Shown here: positions 48,801 to 61,877 of the stretch, piece by piece
Numbering within the stretch: the stretch's first letter is position 1
Layout of the letters: each line of letters starts with the position of its first letter
Assembly: GCA_030141605.1 (NCBI GenBank)
Contig: JAQGDQ010000092.1
Span: 434,001-498,000, forward strand
DNA from: Tubiluchus corallicola
Lineage: Eukaryota > Animalia > Priapulida
Direction: 5' to 3'
DNA length: 64,000 nucleotides
Translations under genes and position numbers: made by a program
The notes under the pieces: generated by a model
Database searches by the model: none
Told to the model about the DNA's origin: nothing
What the model saw: the letters and a program-made list of their open reading frames with translations, nothing else

Positions 48801-51800
48801 CAGTGGGTAGACTCGATTCAAACTCAGTTAATTGTGTAAACAGCTTTTCAGGTACTAAATTCCCTCAGTGTAAATGGAGTATAAAATCTTTGTTCATTAG
48901 ATTTGTTTCTTTAATTCTTCAATACGGTTCACAACAGTATTATACCTGCATTTGCCAGCATATGAACTTGTAATAATGCCAGCATCTCTTATACTTTTGT
49001 AAGAAAAATGGTGATGTTATGTATGGACAAAAAAACATTTTAGATCTTAAGAACAACCCGAAGACAAAGGTATCAAAGTATTGTAAAGCACTTGAACTGC
49101 AGCTTTGTCTCAAATGTGTAACATCATTGCATCTGTTCTTTGAAGCTAAAGTGGAATAATGCTGCTGGTTTTGTTTGCCGGTTGTCCTTGCTCACCATAC
49201 CTTGGGGTCTTTCCCGTTAGTGACATTGAGCAATAGCCAATGCTATGTTACTGTTCTCTTTCAGCTGGAACCACAAAAGAGCATTTAGGATTGGCTTTGG
49301 CACTAGAGGTGCCCATCTTTGTCGTAATAAGTAAACTGGATATTTGTGCAGCTAGTCTAGCAGAGCGTCATGTACAGCAGCTGGAGCGAATACTCAAGTC
49401 GCCGGGATGTAAGAAAGTTCCATTTAGGATAAACAACCGAGATGATGCGCTCACGGCGGCATCAACTTTCACTGCTGAAAGGTATGCATGATTAACAAAA
49501 CTGTGATTTTTAAGGATTTGTGTGCGGTTCAAATCCAACTTTGACTTCAGTCTTTACGTTTTTCTTTTTTAGGCAGTTTAAGCCTCAGATTTAATGTAAA
49601 AAAGTGTGGATATGTAGCTCGTACAATTAATAAATATGTAACGTTCGAAGTTAAAATTTTAATTTGCATTTCTTGCTATTCCTTTAAAAAAGTTTGCAGC
49701 TATTAATTATTAACAATGCATGTACGTAAGAGAAGTCGCGTTAAGAAATTTTTGCTTACTATTGTACTTTCATTCCAAAATGTAAGGCGCAATTTGCAAA
49801 GAGATGTTTCAGAATTTTGAAGTTTAGCTTCGGGTATTATTGGTTGAGCAAACCACTTGTTGAATTTAAGCAGATGTACAAATAGTATAAAGAGTGAAGA
49901 ATTGTCAGGTTTAAAAATAAAAAAACTTTTCTTCCTTTATAGTAATTATTTCATATACTTTTAGTTATAGTATTGCTCCAATATTCTTCACATCCAGTGT
50001 GACAGGACTGAATCTCGACCACTTGACTACTTTCCTCAATGTCCTGCCACAGTTCAGCACACTAAAGGAGAAAGAATCAAGGATTCAAGATCATTCAGAA
50101 TTTCAAGTAAGTTGGTTACATCTTTATAAAAGCACAAGTGAAAGTTTTAATATTGTATCAAAGGATTTTGTGTGAATGTTAGGTCAGATAGATATCAATT
50201 TGTTTTTTCTTTTCACATTAACACAATTTGGATGGGTACAAGTTTATTTTTGTCTTTCTTTCTGCAAAAAAGAAAAATATGTAAAGAGTTATGTGTATGA
50301 GCATATCAGAGTTGTATCATAATATTCTTGTATTCTTAAGTTATAGCTCTACTATTCTTAGTCTGTTGCTATTCTTATAATTTTGAAATGCTACATAGAA
50401 ACTGTAGCTCCATGTAATGGTACATTTCGCTGGCTTTCTCCCTTTATATCATTTAGTACTTTCTTGCAAGCAACTAACAATTATACATCATTAATCGATT
50501 CTTTTGAAATTTTGATTATCCTATTCGTGATTGTAAACTTGTGCTTTTCAGATTGATTCGATGTTTCGAGTGCAAGGTGCTGGGACTGTGGTTGGTGGAA
50601 CACTTGTACGGGGTGTTGTTACCGAAGGCACGGAGCTAATGATGGGTCCCACCGACGACGGGCAGTTTGAACCAGTTGTGGTGCAGACTTTACATCGAAA
50701 TCGAGCACCATGTCGAGTGGTGCGTGCTGGTCAAGCAGCCACTTTTGCACTAGGGGAAAAAGAACTCATTCCAATAAGGAAGGTAATGTAGTGGTCAGTT
50801 GTTGGCTTCACTTTTGCACTAAGGGAAAAAGAACTGATTCCAATAAGAAAAGTAATGTAGTGGTCAGTTGCTAGTTTCACTTTGAATCTTAACTTGCTCA
50901 ACCACTGCAGTCACTTGCTTCACCAACTCTTTTTACAGACACTTTTGTGGCAGGTGTTTTGTGCTTGCCTCTACCTAAACTAGGCAGTGCTGGCCCTCAA
51001 CCTGTTTTGGAGCTGCTTCTCATCTTTACTATAATGTACTCAATGTAAATTCATCTGTTAGCATAAGAGAAAACAGTACATGATAAAAGCTTTGTATTGC
51101 TAAAACAAAAATGTTTTAATGAAATTGTGTTTTAGAAGCTAAATTAGGGCAGATGAGAAAACAAATGTTTGCAATGTAATCTCAGCAGTGGTCTGATCTC
51201 TAGCACAATTAGTGCTCATTGTTATTAGTGATAGTATGGCAGTAGCTTTTATACTATATTCTTTGGGTCGAAATACTTATGAGTAGAGCATGGGTATCTG
51301 TATGTCTCAGTAGTGCCCTGAAGTTTGGAAAGTCATTCAAATATAGTCCGTTTTCTAAAACACACTTTTCACACATTACTGGTTGCCCATATTGAAGGTT
51401 TTAGGAAATTAGCTAAAAGTGTCTGCAAAGTTATATAGCTGATGCCAGTATATATCTAATAGTTAATAGTTGCAATAAGTGAAAAGTCAGTAGCGATCAT
51501 AATTACTGAATCAACCAACTGTTTTTCCACTGATTTGCCAAACTTCCCATTTCGTTCGTGTAATTTTCTTAACTCCGTTCTATTCCATTGACTACATGCA
51601 GGGGATGGTTCTTGTTGGTCCAGCTGTGTCTCCAGTGTCCTGTATGGAATTTGAAGCCGATGTTTGTATTTTGTTCCACTCTACAGTCGTAAGTAAAAAC
51701 TTCCAAGCAACCATCTACTGTGGAAATGTACGTCAGACAGCAGTCATAGTTGATATGAACAAGGTAATTGTGTTATTTGTACGGAATTGCTTCTGTAATT

Positions 51801-53076
51801 TTCCAGTTTTGGATTAACAGCTCAGTTGGCATTTAACAAATTCCAGAAACATATTCAGATCAGGCTGTGGTACCTACTAGTAGTAAGGGTCTTAACAGAT
51901 CCCCAGAAATTTTCAGCCTGTAGTATCCGCTATTGGTAACTTCGGGTTTTTTATTCCTAGAGACAAGGTATGAGGAGAACTTGTGTTTCTTACAAGAATC
52001 AAGAAAAACTGCAAACTTGCTGTTAAAACACAATTTTCAAGATCAATTTAAACAAGTGAAATGTCAAGCTTCTTATTTTAGACACAAATCCAACACCAGC
52101 TGAATTAATTAAACAGTGTCAGCATGAATTTTAACATAATAGGATAAGGAAAGCAATAAGGAAAGCAAAATATTCAGAGAAGGTAGCTTTTGCTCCTACA
52201 TTTCTAGTTTCTTAGGTAATCAGCTGTTGAGGTGAGACAAGATATGCAATTCTTCACAAAGCAGAAAAAGAAGATCCAAATCTTGCTGACACTCAGTTTA
52301 TGTGGGAGGTGAAGCAAATATAGATTTTAACGATTGAACTTCACCGATGAACATGCAGGAATTGTGTCAAATTGTAGACTTTGTTACTTAAGTGATGGCT
52401 GATTATTTGGATTCATAATTTTATTAAAAAAACAATAAACATGCTGAGGAAAGTTTGGTGAGGTACTCTGTCAACTTTGGCATTTGGACTCATTACAGTC
52501 AAGCCCAGCTTAAGCACAAATCACAGCTAGCTTCTTAATCTTACTGTTTTCCTTCTGCAGCTGCAGATAGCTGCTTTTTGTCATAGCTTACACACTGTTC
52601 AGCAGTGACTCCTTTAATTCTGCTTATTTTAAATTGAAAATTAGTAAGTTTTTGTCATATCAAATCAGATTTTTCTAAAATCTTGTTGAGCATAAGCTTT
52701 TTAGTTTAATTTCACCCATGTACCAGTATTATTTTTTGTTGTTATATTCTTAATTCTTGAATAGCCATTGTTCTATCGTGTTTCATTGTTTCATAGAACA
52801 AGTAATATGGTGTAGTTTATTAAACAACATAGTTTATTAAACTGATGATATGCTAATAATAGTTAGACTTATTTATAAAAACCACAATTTCAGCCTTCTG
52901 TTCACACTAATGAGAGAGCTCGTGTTCATTTCCGCTTCATCAAGCATCCAGAATTTCTACAAATTGGTAGTCGACTTCTGTTTCGTGACGGTCGCAATAA
53001 AGGTTTGGGTCATATCCTAAGTATCGTACCATATGTTTCCGAGTCTGCAGTAGCTGGAGCTGCACCAGACAAATAG
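45687..53076 (+). CDS. GTPBP2: GTP-binding protein 2 (translational GTPase), 583 aa, whole gene span
   Basis: Eleven exons join in frame (1752 nt). [37 protein letters not shown]-loop [36 protein letters not shown], and EF-Tu-like domains II and III ending [13 protein letters not shown]. Confidence 0.95.
46148..46174 (+). CDS. GTPBP2: GTPBP2 coding exon 2 (27 nt)
   Basis: DAEGNVEYK. Confidence 0.93.
46504..46688 (+). CDS. GTPBP2: GTPBP2 coding exon 3
   Basis: [39 protein letters not shown]...RRMAD(K). Confidence 0.95.
46985..47099 (+). CDS. GTPBP2: GTPBP2 coding exon 4
   Basis: [11 protein letters not shown]...[11 protein letters not shown]. Confidence 0.95.
47251..47448 (+). CDS. GTPBP2: GTPBP2 coding exon 5 (P-loop)
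   Basis: [21 protein letters not shown]...[12 protein letters not shown]. Confidence 0.96.
48170..48344 (+). CDS. GTPBP2: GTPBP2 coding exon 6
   Basis: [36 protein letters not shown]...SANTGI. Confidence 0.96.
49265..49481 (+). CDS. GTPBP2: GTPBP2 coding exon 7
   Basis: [25 protein letters not shown]...FTAE. Confidence 0.95.
49971..50106 (+). CDS. GTPBP2: GTPBP2 coding exon 8
   Basis: [26 protein letters not shown]...SEFQ. Confidence 0.94.
50552..50782 (+). CDS. GTPBP2: GTPBP2 coding exon 9
   Basis: [21 protein letters not shown]...IPIRK. Confidence 0.95.
50740..50883. repeat. 69-bp tandem duplication across the exon 9 donor
   Basis: CACTTTTGCACTA...GTAATGTAGTGGTCAGTTG starts at 50740 and 50809. 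Confidence 0.92.
51602..51763 (+). CDS. GTPBP2: GTPBP2 coding exon 10
   Basis: GMVLVGP...[12 protein letters not shown]...[14 protein letters not shown]. Confidence 0.95.
52894..53076 (+). CDS. GTPBP2: GTPBP2 coding exon 11 (stop)
   Basis: [39 protein letters not shown]...APDK*. Candidate AATAAA at about 55323. Confidence 0.94.
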   Translation, partial: PSVHTNERARVHFRFIKHPEFLQIGSRLLFRDGRNKGLGHILSIVPYVSESAVAGAAPDK

Positions 53077-55520
53077 TGATATCTATGCATTTTGTTTTTT
53101 GTCTGGGCACTTGTATCTTTTACGTCTACCACCTATTTTTGATTAGCAAACATAAAACACATTGTTTAGTAGCATTTTATCTTAAAGTATATCTATCTTG
53201 CAACTGTGTAGAAATAGCTAGAGTTTTTATCTTGTTGATTATATTTGTAAACATACATGCTTTTAAGTCCTGAACAATACGTGGTTTTTCTTTGGTCTCA
53301 TGTAACTGATGCAATTAATTGCAGTTTTAATTGTTTGTAGTTGAGAATTCTTGACAAAGAAATCTGTAAACTTGATAATGTGGTTGAATTTTCATTAGTA
53401 CACACAACATCAATGTTTCCATTAGAGTTTAACTCGTGATTGCAATAATCTATATTTTTATAAGTTTTCTGGATAGATTTTTATCTAATTTTGCCACCAA
53501 ATCATGCCATTTCCACCTTGTGTTAACATCTTCAAACCACGTGTGACAGTCCACAGCCCGGGTTATTAAAATTTCTATAATTATACTGGACATACATTTG
53601 ATTCTGCTTAAAACAATCAACATATTTATCAGTTTGTTTGAACTGGAGAATTAAAACTCTGATCATCTACTGTGTCTGAAACTGACTAATTCTGCTACTC
53701 TATATTTGTGATATATTCAACTATTTGTGAGCATTACACACTACTTTACACTAATTAGGTAGAATGTACTAATAGTAATTCGGTAGTTCATTGACTTGGA
53801 TGTAGCTATGATAGTCCGAGAATCCTATGTACACTGTGATATGAATTAGCACTGGTACCGGTGCTATTTTGATAAACATTGCTGCCAATTAAAGTAGTTA
53901 GCCTTGTATAATTACTTTTTTACTTGCTCACTAGCTTGTTAATTATGATCCAAAATTCACCGCTTGTCAGTCTAGTTTTGCTAATGATGCTTCGAACATG
54001 TACGTGCTTGCTGGATGCCTTGTTAGTGTAGTGGCATACTAGCTAGAATTTTGACTTTTCCATCTTGAAATCCTTATTACTTTGTCATACCAAAGCAGTT
54101 TGGAAAAAATGAATGCAATTTTTTTAGCAAAGTCACAGATAATGAAGCAGAAACGTGTTTAATCTTAATCCGTGATAAGTATTGACATTCTTATATCATA
54201 GTTTCGTTAGCAACGTATTATCAATGTGTATTTGTTTAAGTTTAGCCACTTAATTTTGTATCGTGCCGTGTCATATACCTTAAATGGGCATTCTGACAAT
54301 ATTATTAGGTGATACTGAGCACAGCAAAAACATTGTGCAGTATAACTGACAAAATTATTTTTAGCCTTTTTAACAAAACAGAAATTTCATCAGTAGCATT
54401 GACTCAGTGTAACAAACAATTATGCTGTGTGTATGTGCTCCTTTACACAAATTTGCTCACTCTAGCATCAAAATGAGACTATAATTAATACTGAAACATT
54501 GACTAAATATTAAATAAGACCTGTCTATAATTATGTATATTGTATAATAGCTAATTTATTTACAATCATCAGCCGTTAGTCATATGTTAGTTTTACAGCA
54601 ATTATTGTTATTTCAAATGTCTATTGTAAAAATGGTTTTACTAGTTTGAGAAATGGTTTTTTTCGGAGACAAGATTATTTATGTGGACATATTATTTCAT
54701 AGGTTTTGCTCTGATTTCGTTTTTAGTGTGTTTGCTTGTTTGTTTCTGCATTTAGTAATGCAATATTTTATTTATAGATAGTGCAACACTGCACTTGGCT
54801 GTCTACGGTATGTTTGCCTTTTTAGTCTGTTTTTAGCATTTCTAATTGTAGCTGTATTTGTTAGTCATCCAGGTTTTAGTGCCCAAAGAGGAAAAATACC
54901 CTGTTGTTATTTTATTACTCATATTTATGTATATCATTAATTTTTCAATGATAAACTCGCAGGTATATAGTTAATAAGAGAAATTTAATGGTAATTAAAT
55001 TTTATGAAAAGAAAAGTTGGTGTGTGTATTATACAATTACCCTGGATGAGTTTACATACAAGTGTAATTGTGTATGTAGTTGCTACACTAATAGCCTGCC
55101 TAGGTACAAATAGCATAGTTAATTCAATGAAATTTTAACATGGTTTCATTTTGCTTAAGCGTGTCTAACAGATTGTTTCCTCATTAGCACCATTATGTAT
55201 TGGACTTTGCTGTAATTGAAAAATATTGAATATTTGGTATAATTTTTGCCGTAGAAGTTTTTGAATATTGTTACACACGTTATTGTTGGACTCTTAGAGT
55301 TTCATCTTTAAACAAGTAGATCAATAAAAAACTTCCGATGTCTGATTACAAGTTGAAACGAGAGGTAAAAGTTATCGTATGAGTCTTTGGGTTGAAAACT
55401 CTAATATGAGTATTTTCTGCCTCCTGTCCTGCTTCAAAAACAAATAATAAAAAATTAATTGCACTCTGCACACACACATAGAGACTAAAGAGATTTGTTA
55501 TACTCTGTGACAAACAATCA

Positions 55521-55860
55521 GAGCAAGAATGTATGGCGAGTGGGAAAGCGATTGGTCATAGTGCGAGCTTAGTGATCGAAATTAAGCATGCTGAGCCTGG
55601 TCAATGAATGGATGGTTGACTCACTGGATTCATACTCTGGTTTCATTTACCATGTTGATTCTGGCTATTTACTTCGCTTTGAGAAGATGCATTCACATCT
55701 AGATATGGAAGATTGGAGGAGACACCTCTACTGGTCCTGTGACTCATGTTAGTAGTGTCACTTTAGCAATAAGCTAGATTCCGATCATACCACAACTATC
55801 TGAATTAAATAGACCCTCGTACTGAGTGCTGAATTCCAGTTTTGTACCAAACTATAAAAC
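55521..55860 (+). mobile_element. Most complete copy of a SINE-like family with a tRNA A-box-like head and 5S-like segment
   Basis: TGGCGAGTGG (55534), then GAAATTAAGCATGCTGAGCCTGGTCAATGAATGGATGGTTGAC (5S box A to box C-like). Related copies occur elsewhere in the window. Confidence 0.6.
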
Positions 55861-57489
55861 AATAACACAACACGGGGGGATCTTCGCCCCCTGTAATTAA
55901 TAATTAAATAAAAAAATTTACCTTAACTGATAAAGATTAGTCATCCATCAGTTAATTCGACCGTATCAGCAACAAAAAAACTTGCCAAAAAGGTCCATAA
56001 AAACAACTCTAGTGACAATTTTATACAATTTTTTTAAACTCTTTTATGAACGCCTTTCATATACAACGTCATAGTACGAAAATTACTGCGCCCCTTTATT
56101 TCACGATCATAGTTGTAATTCATTGTGTTCTGAAACCGCCCGAGAGGACATCGACCGAGAAGGCGGCAGGTGCCAGGTGGCCAAACGGGACTCTGCGAGT
56201 TAACAAAAGAAACTAGTTGGAGGAGACCGCTCGTATTCCACTTTCTAAAGTAACAGAAATGCTTTACTTGTGTCAACTGTTGCAAACTTGGGAAAGGGCA
56301 TTCATACTCGCCCACATCAATGGAATTGTGGGAATTTTCTAATAAATTATTGGTGAATTTTTCACCAGTGGGAATTGAGACCCGTGCACTGTTCATATTC
56401 TCAGTATTCTAAACTCGTTATTCTAAATTCTTTAGAAAGGAGACCGAATATCGTCTGTTCCGGTTTATTTACAAATGTAAACAGGCTTTTGAACGATATT
56501 GTAATTATTAAACACTTAAGATTTTTAGACTTGCTCTGTAACGATCGAATTTTTGCCAGATATCTGCTTCCGCAAAATGTGAACCCTTATGAAAACAATT
56601 CAATCTGACATGCTACGAAACTGTAACTGCACAACATAAACTATAGTCAACCTATGAACTTAATCACGACATAAAATTAGTGCTAACATTACTGTATTTT
56701 ACACAAATGTTTCCCCAAAGATCTAGTATATGAAATGAAAAGATTTAGCCTCTACGATTACTTTTCATAACCCAACACGCGCTGGCGTCATGGTTCAAAA
56801 CAGTTCAAAAGGGACACAGTTTAACTGTGTGTCCGGACCTGTATTTTGGAGCATTATTTTCGATATCCTATTGTCGTCGTCGGCCCGTTTGCATATAACT
56901 TGTTGTAACCTTTCTTTCTAAAGTTGGAGAAATGCAGAGCATTGGATTTTCATGAGTGTCTACTGGCGACAGCTCTGCAGCATTGGCTGCAGTCATCATT
57001 AATTGACAGAATTAGTAGCACAAAGCAACAAATCTCCGTGATTTATAGGTTACACGCGATGCATACTATGACAATCTTGCATAATCATTACAAAATGTAG
57101 CTTTAAACGACTAAACATGGATAAAATTTTACTGGAATACATGATATCCAATTTATAAAATCTGAATAATTCACTTCATTAGCACGTATGATTGAAGTCA
57201 AATGACATTAACTTATTAAAACGGCGTTTACAAAGCTTCCGGGACCTGTCATTTCGAGGCTGTGTTATACAGCTATAGCCTTCTTTCCTGCTTCTACACT
57301 TGTGAAGCGCTTCTAAAAGCGATGCTAGAAAATCAGAGCAATTTTAAAATCAGTTGTCCAATTCCGGAATGCACAAGATTCGATAATATATATGGTTGCA
57401 ACTTATATTTGTTTGTTATGTTTGTATGAGTGTCGCAACCGAAAATACAATACATGTATTACTGACGTTTAAAATTGTATATCCGTAGC

Positions 57490-57865
57490 AATGAGCAGAG
57501 TGGCCGATAGTGGTTTGACGGGTCGGGCGGATAGAGAGACAGACAGACAGAAATTGCAAACTCTGGTTCCGACATTTTTTATTCGAGAACCAAGTTTCGT
57601 GTTCTTTACCGCAGCCATTTTGAAGAAAGCCAGAAAAGTACCAAGTTTTTAATTTTTTGGCTGTTTTCTAGGAACACTGATCACCACGGCTACCAATTTT
57701 TTTACTGTATGGCCACTCCAGCTAGTTACGTTTAGCGAATTGGATCAGCGGTCTCCCAGAAATAGCGTCAATAGACAGACAGATACGCTGACACACCAAC
57801 AGACAGATGCGGCTGAGAAAAAGAGTCGACTAAAGTTGAGTTGTCGAGCCTCACCTCAAACAACA
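57490..57865 (+). mobile_element. Possible DINE/HINE-like element with (GACA)n tracts
   Basis: Two GACA microsatellite tracts, an AAGTTTCGT core, and a 3' motif shared with 7951-7974. Confidence 0.35.
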
Positions 57866-57904
57866 CGCCACAATTTGCAGATTACTTTGTTAATATTAAC
57901 TTTC

Positions 57905-58189
57905 AAATCCAGGTAATAATCACATAGGTAAAAAAGTCACAGGAAAAAAGAACCATAATCATTACCCCTAGCTCTAACCCAAATCCTGAGATATTGAACA
58001 AAACGTGTTTTTTCACGTACATGTATTGCCATAAATTCTGACTGACTTGAATATTTTTGTTCGATTACTCGACTTTCTTTCTTAACCAAAATATGACTTT
58101 TCTCTGGCCAAATAAATTAATTATGACTTTTTTCCCTAGCCAAACTTTTTTCTGTGAGTTTCTTTTCCTGTGCCTTTATTACCGGTCAC
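57905..58189 (-). mobile_element. Copy of the 20107-20292 element family
   Basis: AATCCAGGTAA...TTTATTACCGGTCACC. Confidence 0.7.
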
Positions 58190-58381
58190 CTGGTTTTCGC
58201 CGTGTTTATATTATTAGCGTATACGAGGTTAGAAGAAATAGAGTGCCACGCTCCGCGCAGCAGTGATAGAGTACAGTTAACGCACTACAGCAAGTAGCGT
58301 CTCAAACAGTCAAGCGTATCAGGCGTGTTTAGAACATCGATCCTCGATCGAGGGAGAGAATAAAATTGTAATGAAAGAATT

Positions 58382-58574
58382 ATGAGTGCGTTAGTGCTGC
58401 CAGTCAATGCGCAGACTTACGATACAGAAACTACTGATTCAGAATGGAATCATAGTGATTATTTTGATTGGACTAACTGGAGCTGTTTCGGTGTTCCAGA
58501 TGAGGAAATTGTCGAACCCCGGGTAACAGCTCCCCTTGCCCAGGACAAAGACAGTAAGCAACAACAAGATTTAG
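58382..58574 (+). CDS. Probable first coding exon of an unidentified gene continuing beyond the window
   Basis: CpG-rich upstream segment (58195-58350), an ATG-initiated 64-codon frame MSALVLPVNAQ...KQQQDL, and a consensus donor TAG|GTAAGT (phase 1). Confidence 0.55.
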
Positions 58575-60121
58575 GTAAGTAGTCGAAGTAATTACTTTGA
58601 TGTTTTAATTATTGATTTTTTTATTTCGTTAACTCATTTGATTTGTTTGACTGAGATTGTATGATTGAGGTCATGTGGATGAAAAATTAGGCAAACGGCC
58701 TTGAGCTGAAATGTGGAACACATGCAGTGGAGACAGTCTAATTTTGTTAGCCAAGCATTGAGTACTTTTAAAGAAATCGTTAGTATCCCTTCATTATTGC
58801 ATGGAGCAAAAATGCACTAGTACTAATTCCGAAAAATCATGACACTTTGATTATTGTCTATCTGGGTAGAGGAGTATCATTGTTTCCAATCCACTGCTTG
58901 GCTTTTTCGAGAACAGTCGAAATGCAGGGAATCTCGGGTGCACTTATGGCTGAGTAATTTTAATTTTCACCAATAGACGTCATAAATAATTTTTTGCAAA
59001 GGCTTCTGATATCAAAATCAACTATAAAGCTGCCTGTTAGGAGAACGGTGCCGAATTGAACCTTTCTACATAAGCTATTCCCTGTGGTAAAGAGAAAAGT
59101 GAAACTGCATAAACCCTTTAAACCCGCTATTGAAGTGCTGTAAGCGTCCCCCCCCCCATTATGATAGAAGTGGCAGGTTAGGGCGGTCACTTGCAAAACT
59201 ACTTGGGGTCTGTAACTGTAACGAGTCAAAAAAGCAAATAGATATGCACAATAGATAACCTATTTATTCTATACAAAAACAGTTCGACGTATGGAACATG
59301 GGTACTTTCGTTTGATAAAGGCATGAACTTCCCTGTCATTTAACAGGAAACATATATAATTATACTGGCAAAGTACCTCTCTCACTCGTTAACGTCTTAT
59401 TCGGCACAACCCACCCCCGCACGATCATTGACGAGTCTATCGCACTGTACCAAAGGATGAATCGTGATTTCTGCTCACCTGCGTGCCTAAATTGTTTATT
59501 CAACTTACTGGTGTGCCAATGCAATCAGCATTTCTCAATTTCTTTATTATCGCATGAGCATAATTATAATCTCTGAAATTAATGCTAGCGAAGTAATCGG
59601 TTTGCATTAGTTAATTTTTAGCCCATTAAAAAGCTTATTTTCATTAAAACGTAGTATACAGCCTTTTATACTCACTGCCTATACACAGTCACTTATGCTA
59701 CTACAAATTTTTACAATGTAATTTGACGTGTTCTATGTGTTTGAAGTTTTTATACTTATACGCTTTTAAAACTAAAAGGGTGCTTGAACGTAGATCAAAA
59801 GTACATTATGCGCCAATAATTGTTTACAGAGATTTCTTATTAACTGTATCAGCTGTAAGTTACACAGCTGCGACTGTAGTCACTGTAGTGTATAGCCTTA
59901 GCACCTACCTAGATAAAACTCCTTGTCGAATCTAGGTTACGGCAGGTTTTATTACCGTGGAATTCCTAGCATAATTCTCGCAACTACTATATGATCGTCT
60001 TGCGCAAGATAAAAATTTCAGTTGTTGCTTTACCGATTTTTTTTCGCTAAATAGGTGCGTAAATAAATCTTTTGTGTCCCTCTTCAAAAGCTTGTTAATT
60101 TTTCGAATAGAATTTTTAATC

Positions 60122-60275
60122 GAATCCAGGTAAAAAAGTTACAGATAAGAAAAATTACAGGAAAAAAGAAATAACTATAACCCTAATCATAACTGTAACC
60201 GTAGCCAAAATTAATTGTGACTTTTTTCATAGCCAAAATTGTGACTTTTTACCTGTGATTTTATCACCGGTCACC
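60122..60275 (-). mobile_element. Copy of the 20107-20292 element family
   Basis: GAATCCAGGTAAAAAAG...TAACCCTAA...ACCGGTCACC, with flanks TTTTAATC/TTTGAATC. Confidence 0.75.
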
Positions 60276-61598
60276 TTTGAATCTGACCACTAAACAGGCA
60301 AGAACTTTATAGTCACTTCGGATGTACATCGGTCTTGCCACGGCCTTCAACATTGGGGCCCTATAACATATGCTGGATACCAGTTTCCAGTATTCTAGCT
60401 GTATGGAAAAACATACAGCCACTAACTTTATTGGTCGAGTTAGCTTAAAGCCTTGGTATGGTACCAGTTTATTATCTGATTAATATACTGATTAAATTTA
60501 GTGTTGAAGTGCAAAAAAGTTTTTCTGTACTGTAAGTATTTGCGGCAGAATTTTTAATGTTTCATAACATTCCCACCTCATCCCATGTTCAATGGTAGTT
60601 TCCAAACCCTCGATTTTCCCATAACTGATTGATATCCCACTTTTGCTCACTCTAGAATCTCTTATAGCCTCATTTCTAGCCACATTATCGTTAGTGAGCC
60701 CCAGATCAACTAATAAACTCTATTCAACTAATCATAATCATGGGTTCACAAACAACAACATTTAACCTTTTCATAATTAGCGGTTTGACGCATGATCAAC
60801 ATCGTTACTCACAACACATTATCATCATATTCAAGGCTCAGGTTGTTGGTGAAGGTTGTTTACGTCTGAGACCGCATACACGTGAAACGATATGCTAAGA
60901 AACCTGTTTGTTTTTTAAGTTTTGCCCTTTACACTATGAAGGTAAACAAGCTGCAAATGTAAACAATAAACAATATGGACAGCAAGTCAATGGTATGTAG
61001 CCATGTTTACTGAATGTTTGAATGACAATAATATTTCATCAACCAGCTGTACGGTTTACGTACTTTTATAATATACATAAAAAGTTGTTTAAAATTTGTA
61101 TCGTGGGCACTAGGCAAGGTACTTAGAGGAGGGGGGTAAACCTTGTCAATTAGAATCGTGAATTAGAATCGAAAACTTCGAATAAATTCACTAAAATGTA
61201 AAAATGTGCATTGAAAGAGAAAATAGAAATTGAAATGTCAGAACATTACTCTTATACACATATACGGGCATGATTACCCTCACAATTTAAGATCAAACAA
61301 TGATCAAATGTGACCTACAATACTACAACAATCAAGTTTTTTTAAATATTCTACCGAGTTTAAAACTGTCTTTTACTTGAACCTGTCGATTTAATTGTAC
61401 CCTAATATTTACTGACAATATTGAATATTAATATTTAGAGACAATATCGATTTGCTTCGTTCTTGAAAAAGGTTGGAATAAAAGTCATAACTTAAATTGA
61501 CATCCTTCTTTTCCTTTAATGCAGGATTACGCCTTTGTATGTGGAGTTGCATTACTATGGCCGTACATAGTTACATAGCCGTACACAGTACAAGTCAG

Positions 61599-61877
61599 GG
61601 CCAATTGGCATCTCATTTGTTTATTACTCTCGTCTGACTGATTACTTGTACTATGTGTACTTACTGTGTACTTGTACTATTTATGGTCTTTATAAATTTC
61701 TTGGTTACAGAGAGCAATAGTAATGCGGTAGCCCATACAACATTTTGTAACTAACTTGTACTTTCCTAGTTATTTTGTTTACATTAATAATTAGATTAGA
61801 GCATTATAACAGTATGCCATTTATCTGACGTTCGTCAGTCAGACGAGAGTAATAAACAAATTAGATGCCAATTGGCC
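61599..61877. mobile_element. MITE-like element with 43-bp inverted repeats
   Basis: 61599-61641 is the reverse complement of 61835-61877 with one mismatch. Confidence 0.75.

Noticed and set aside
55574-55625. 5S rRNA gene
   Set aside because: Only a diverged internal part is present, embedded in a dispersed repeat.
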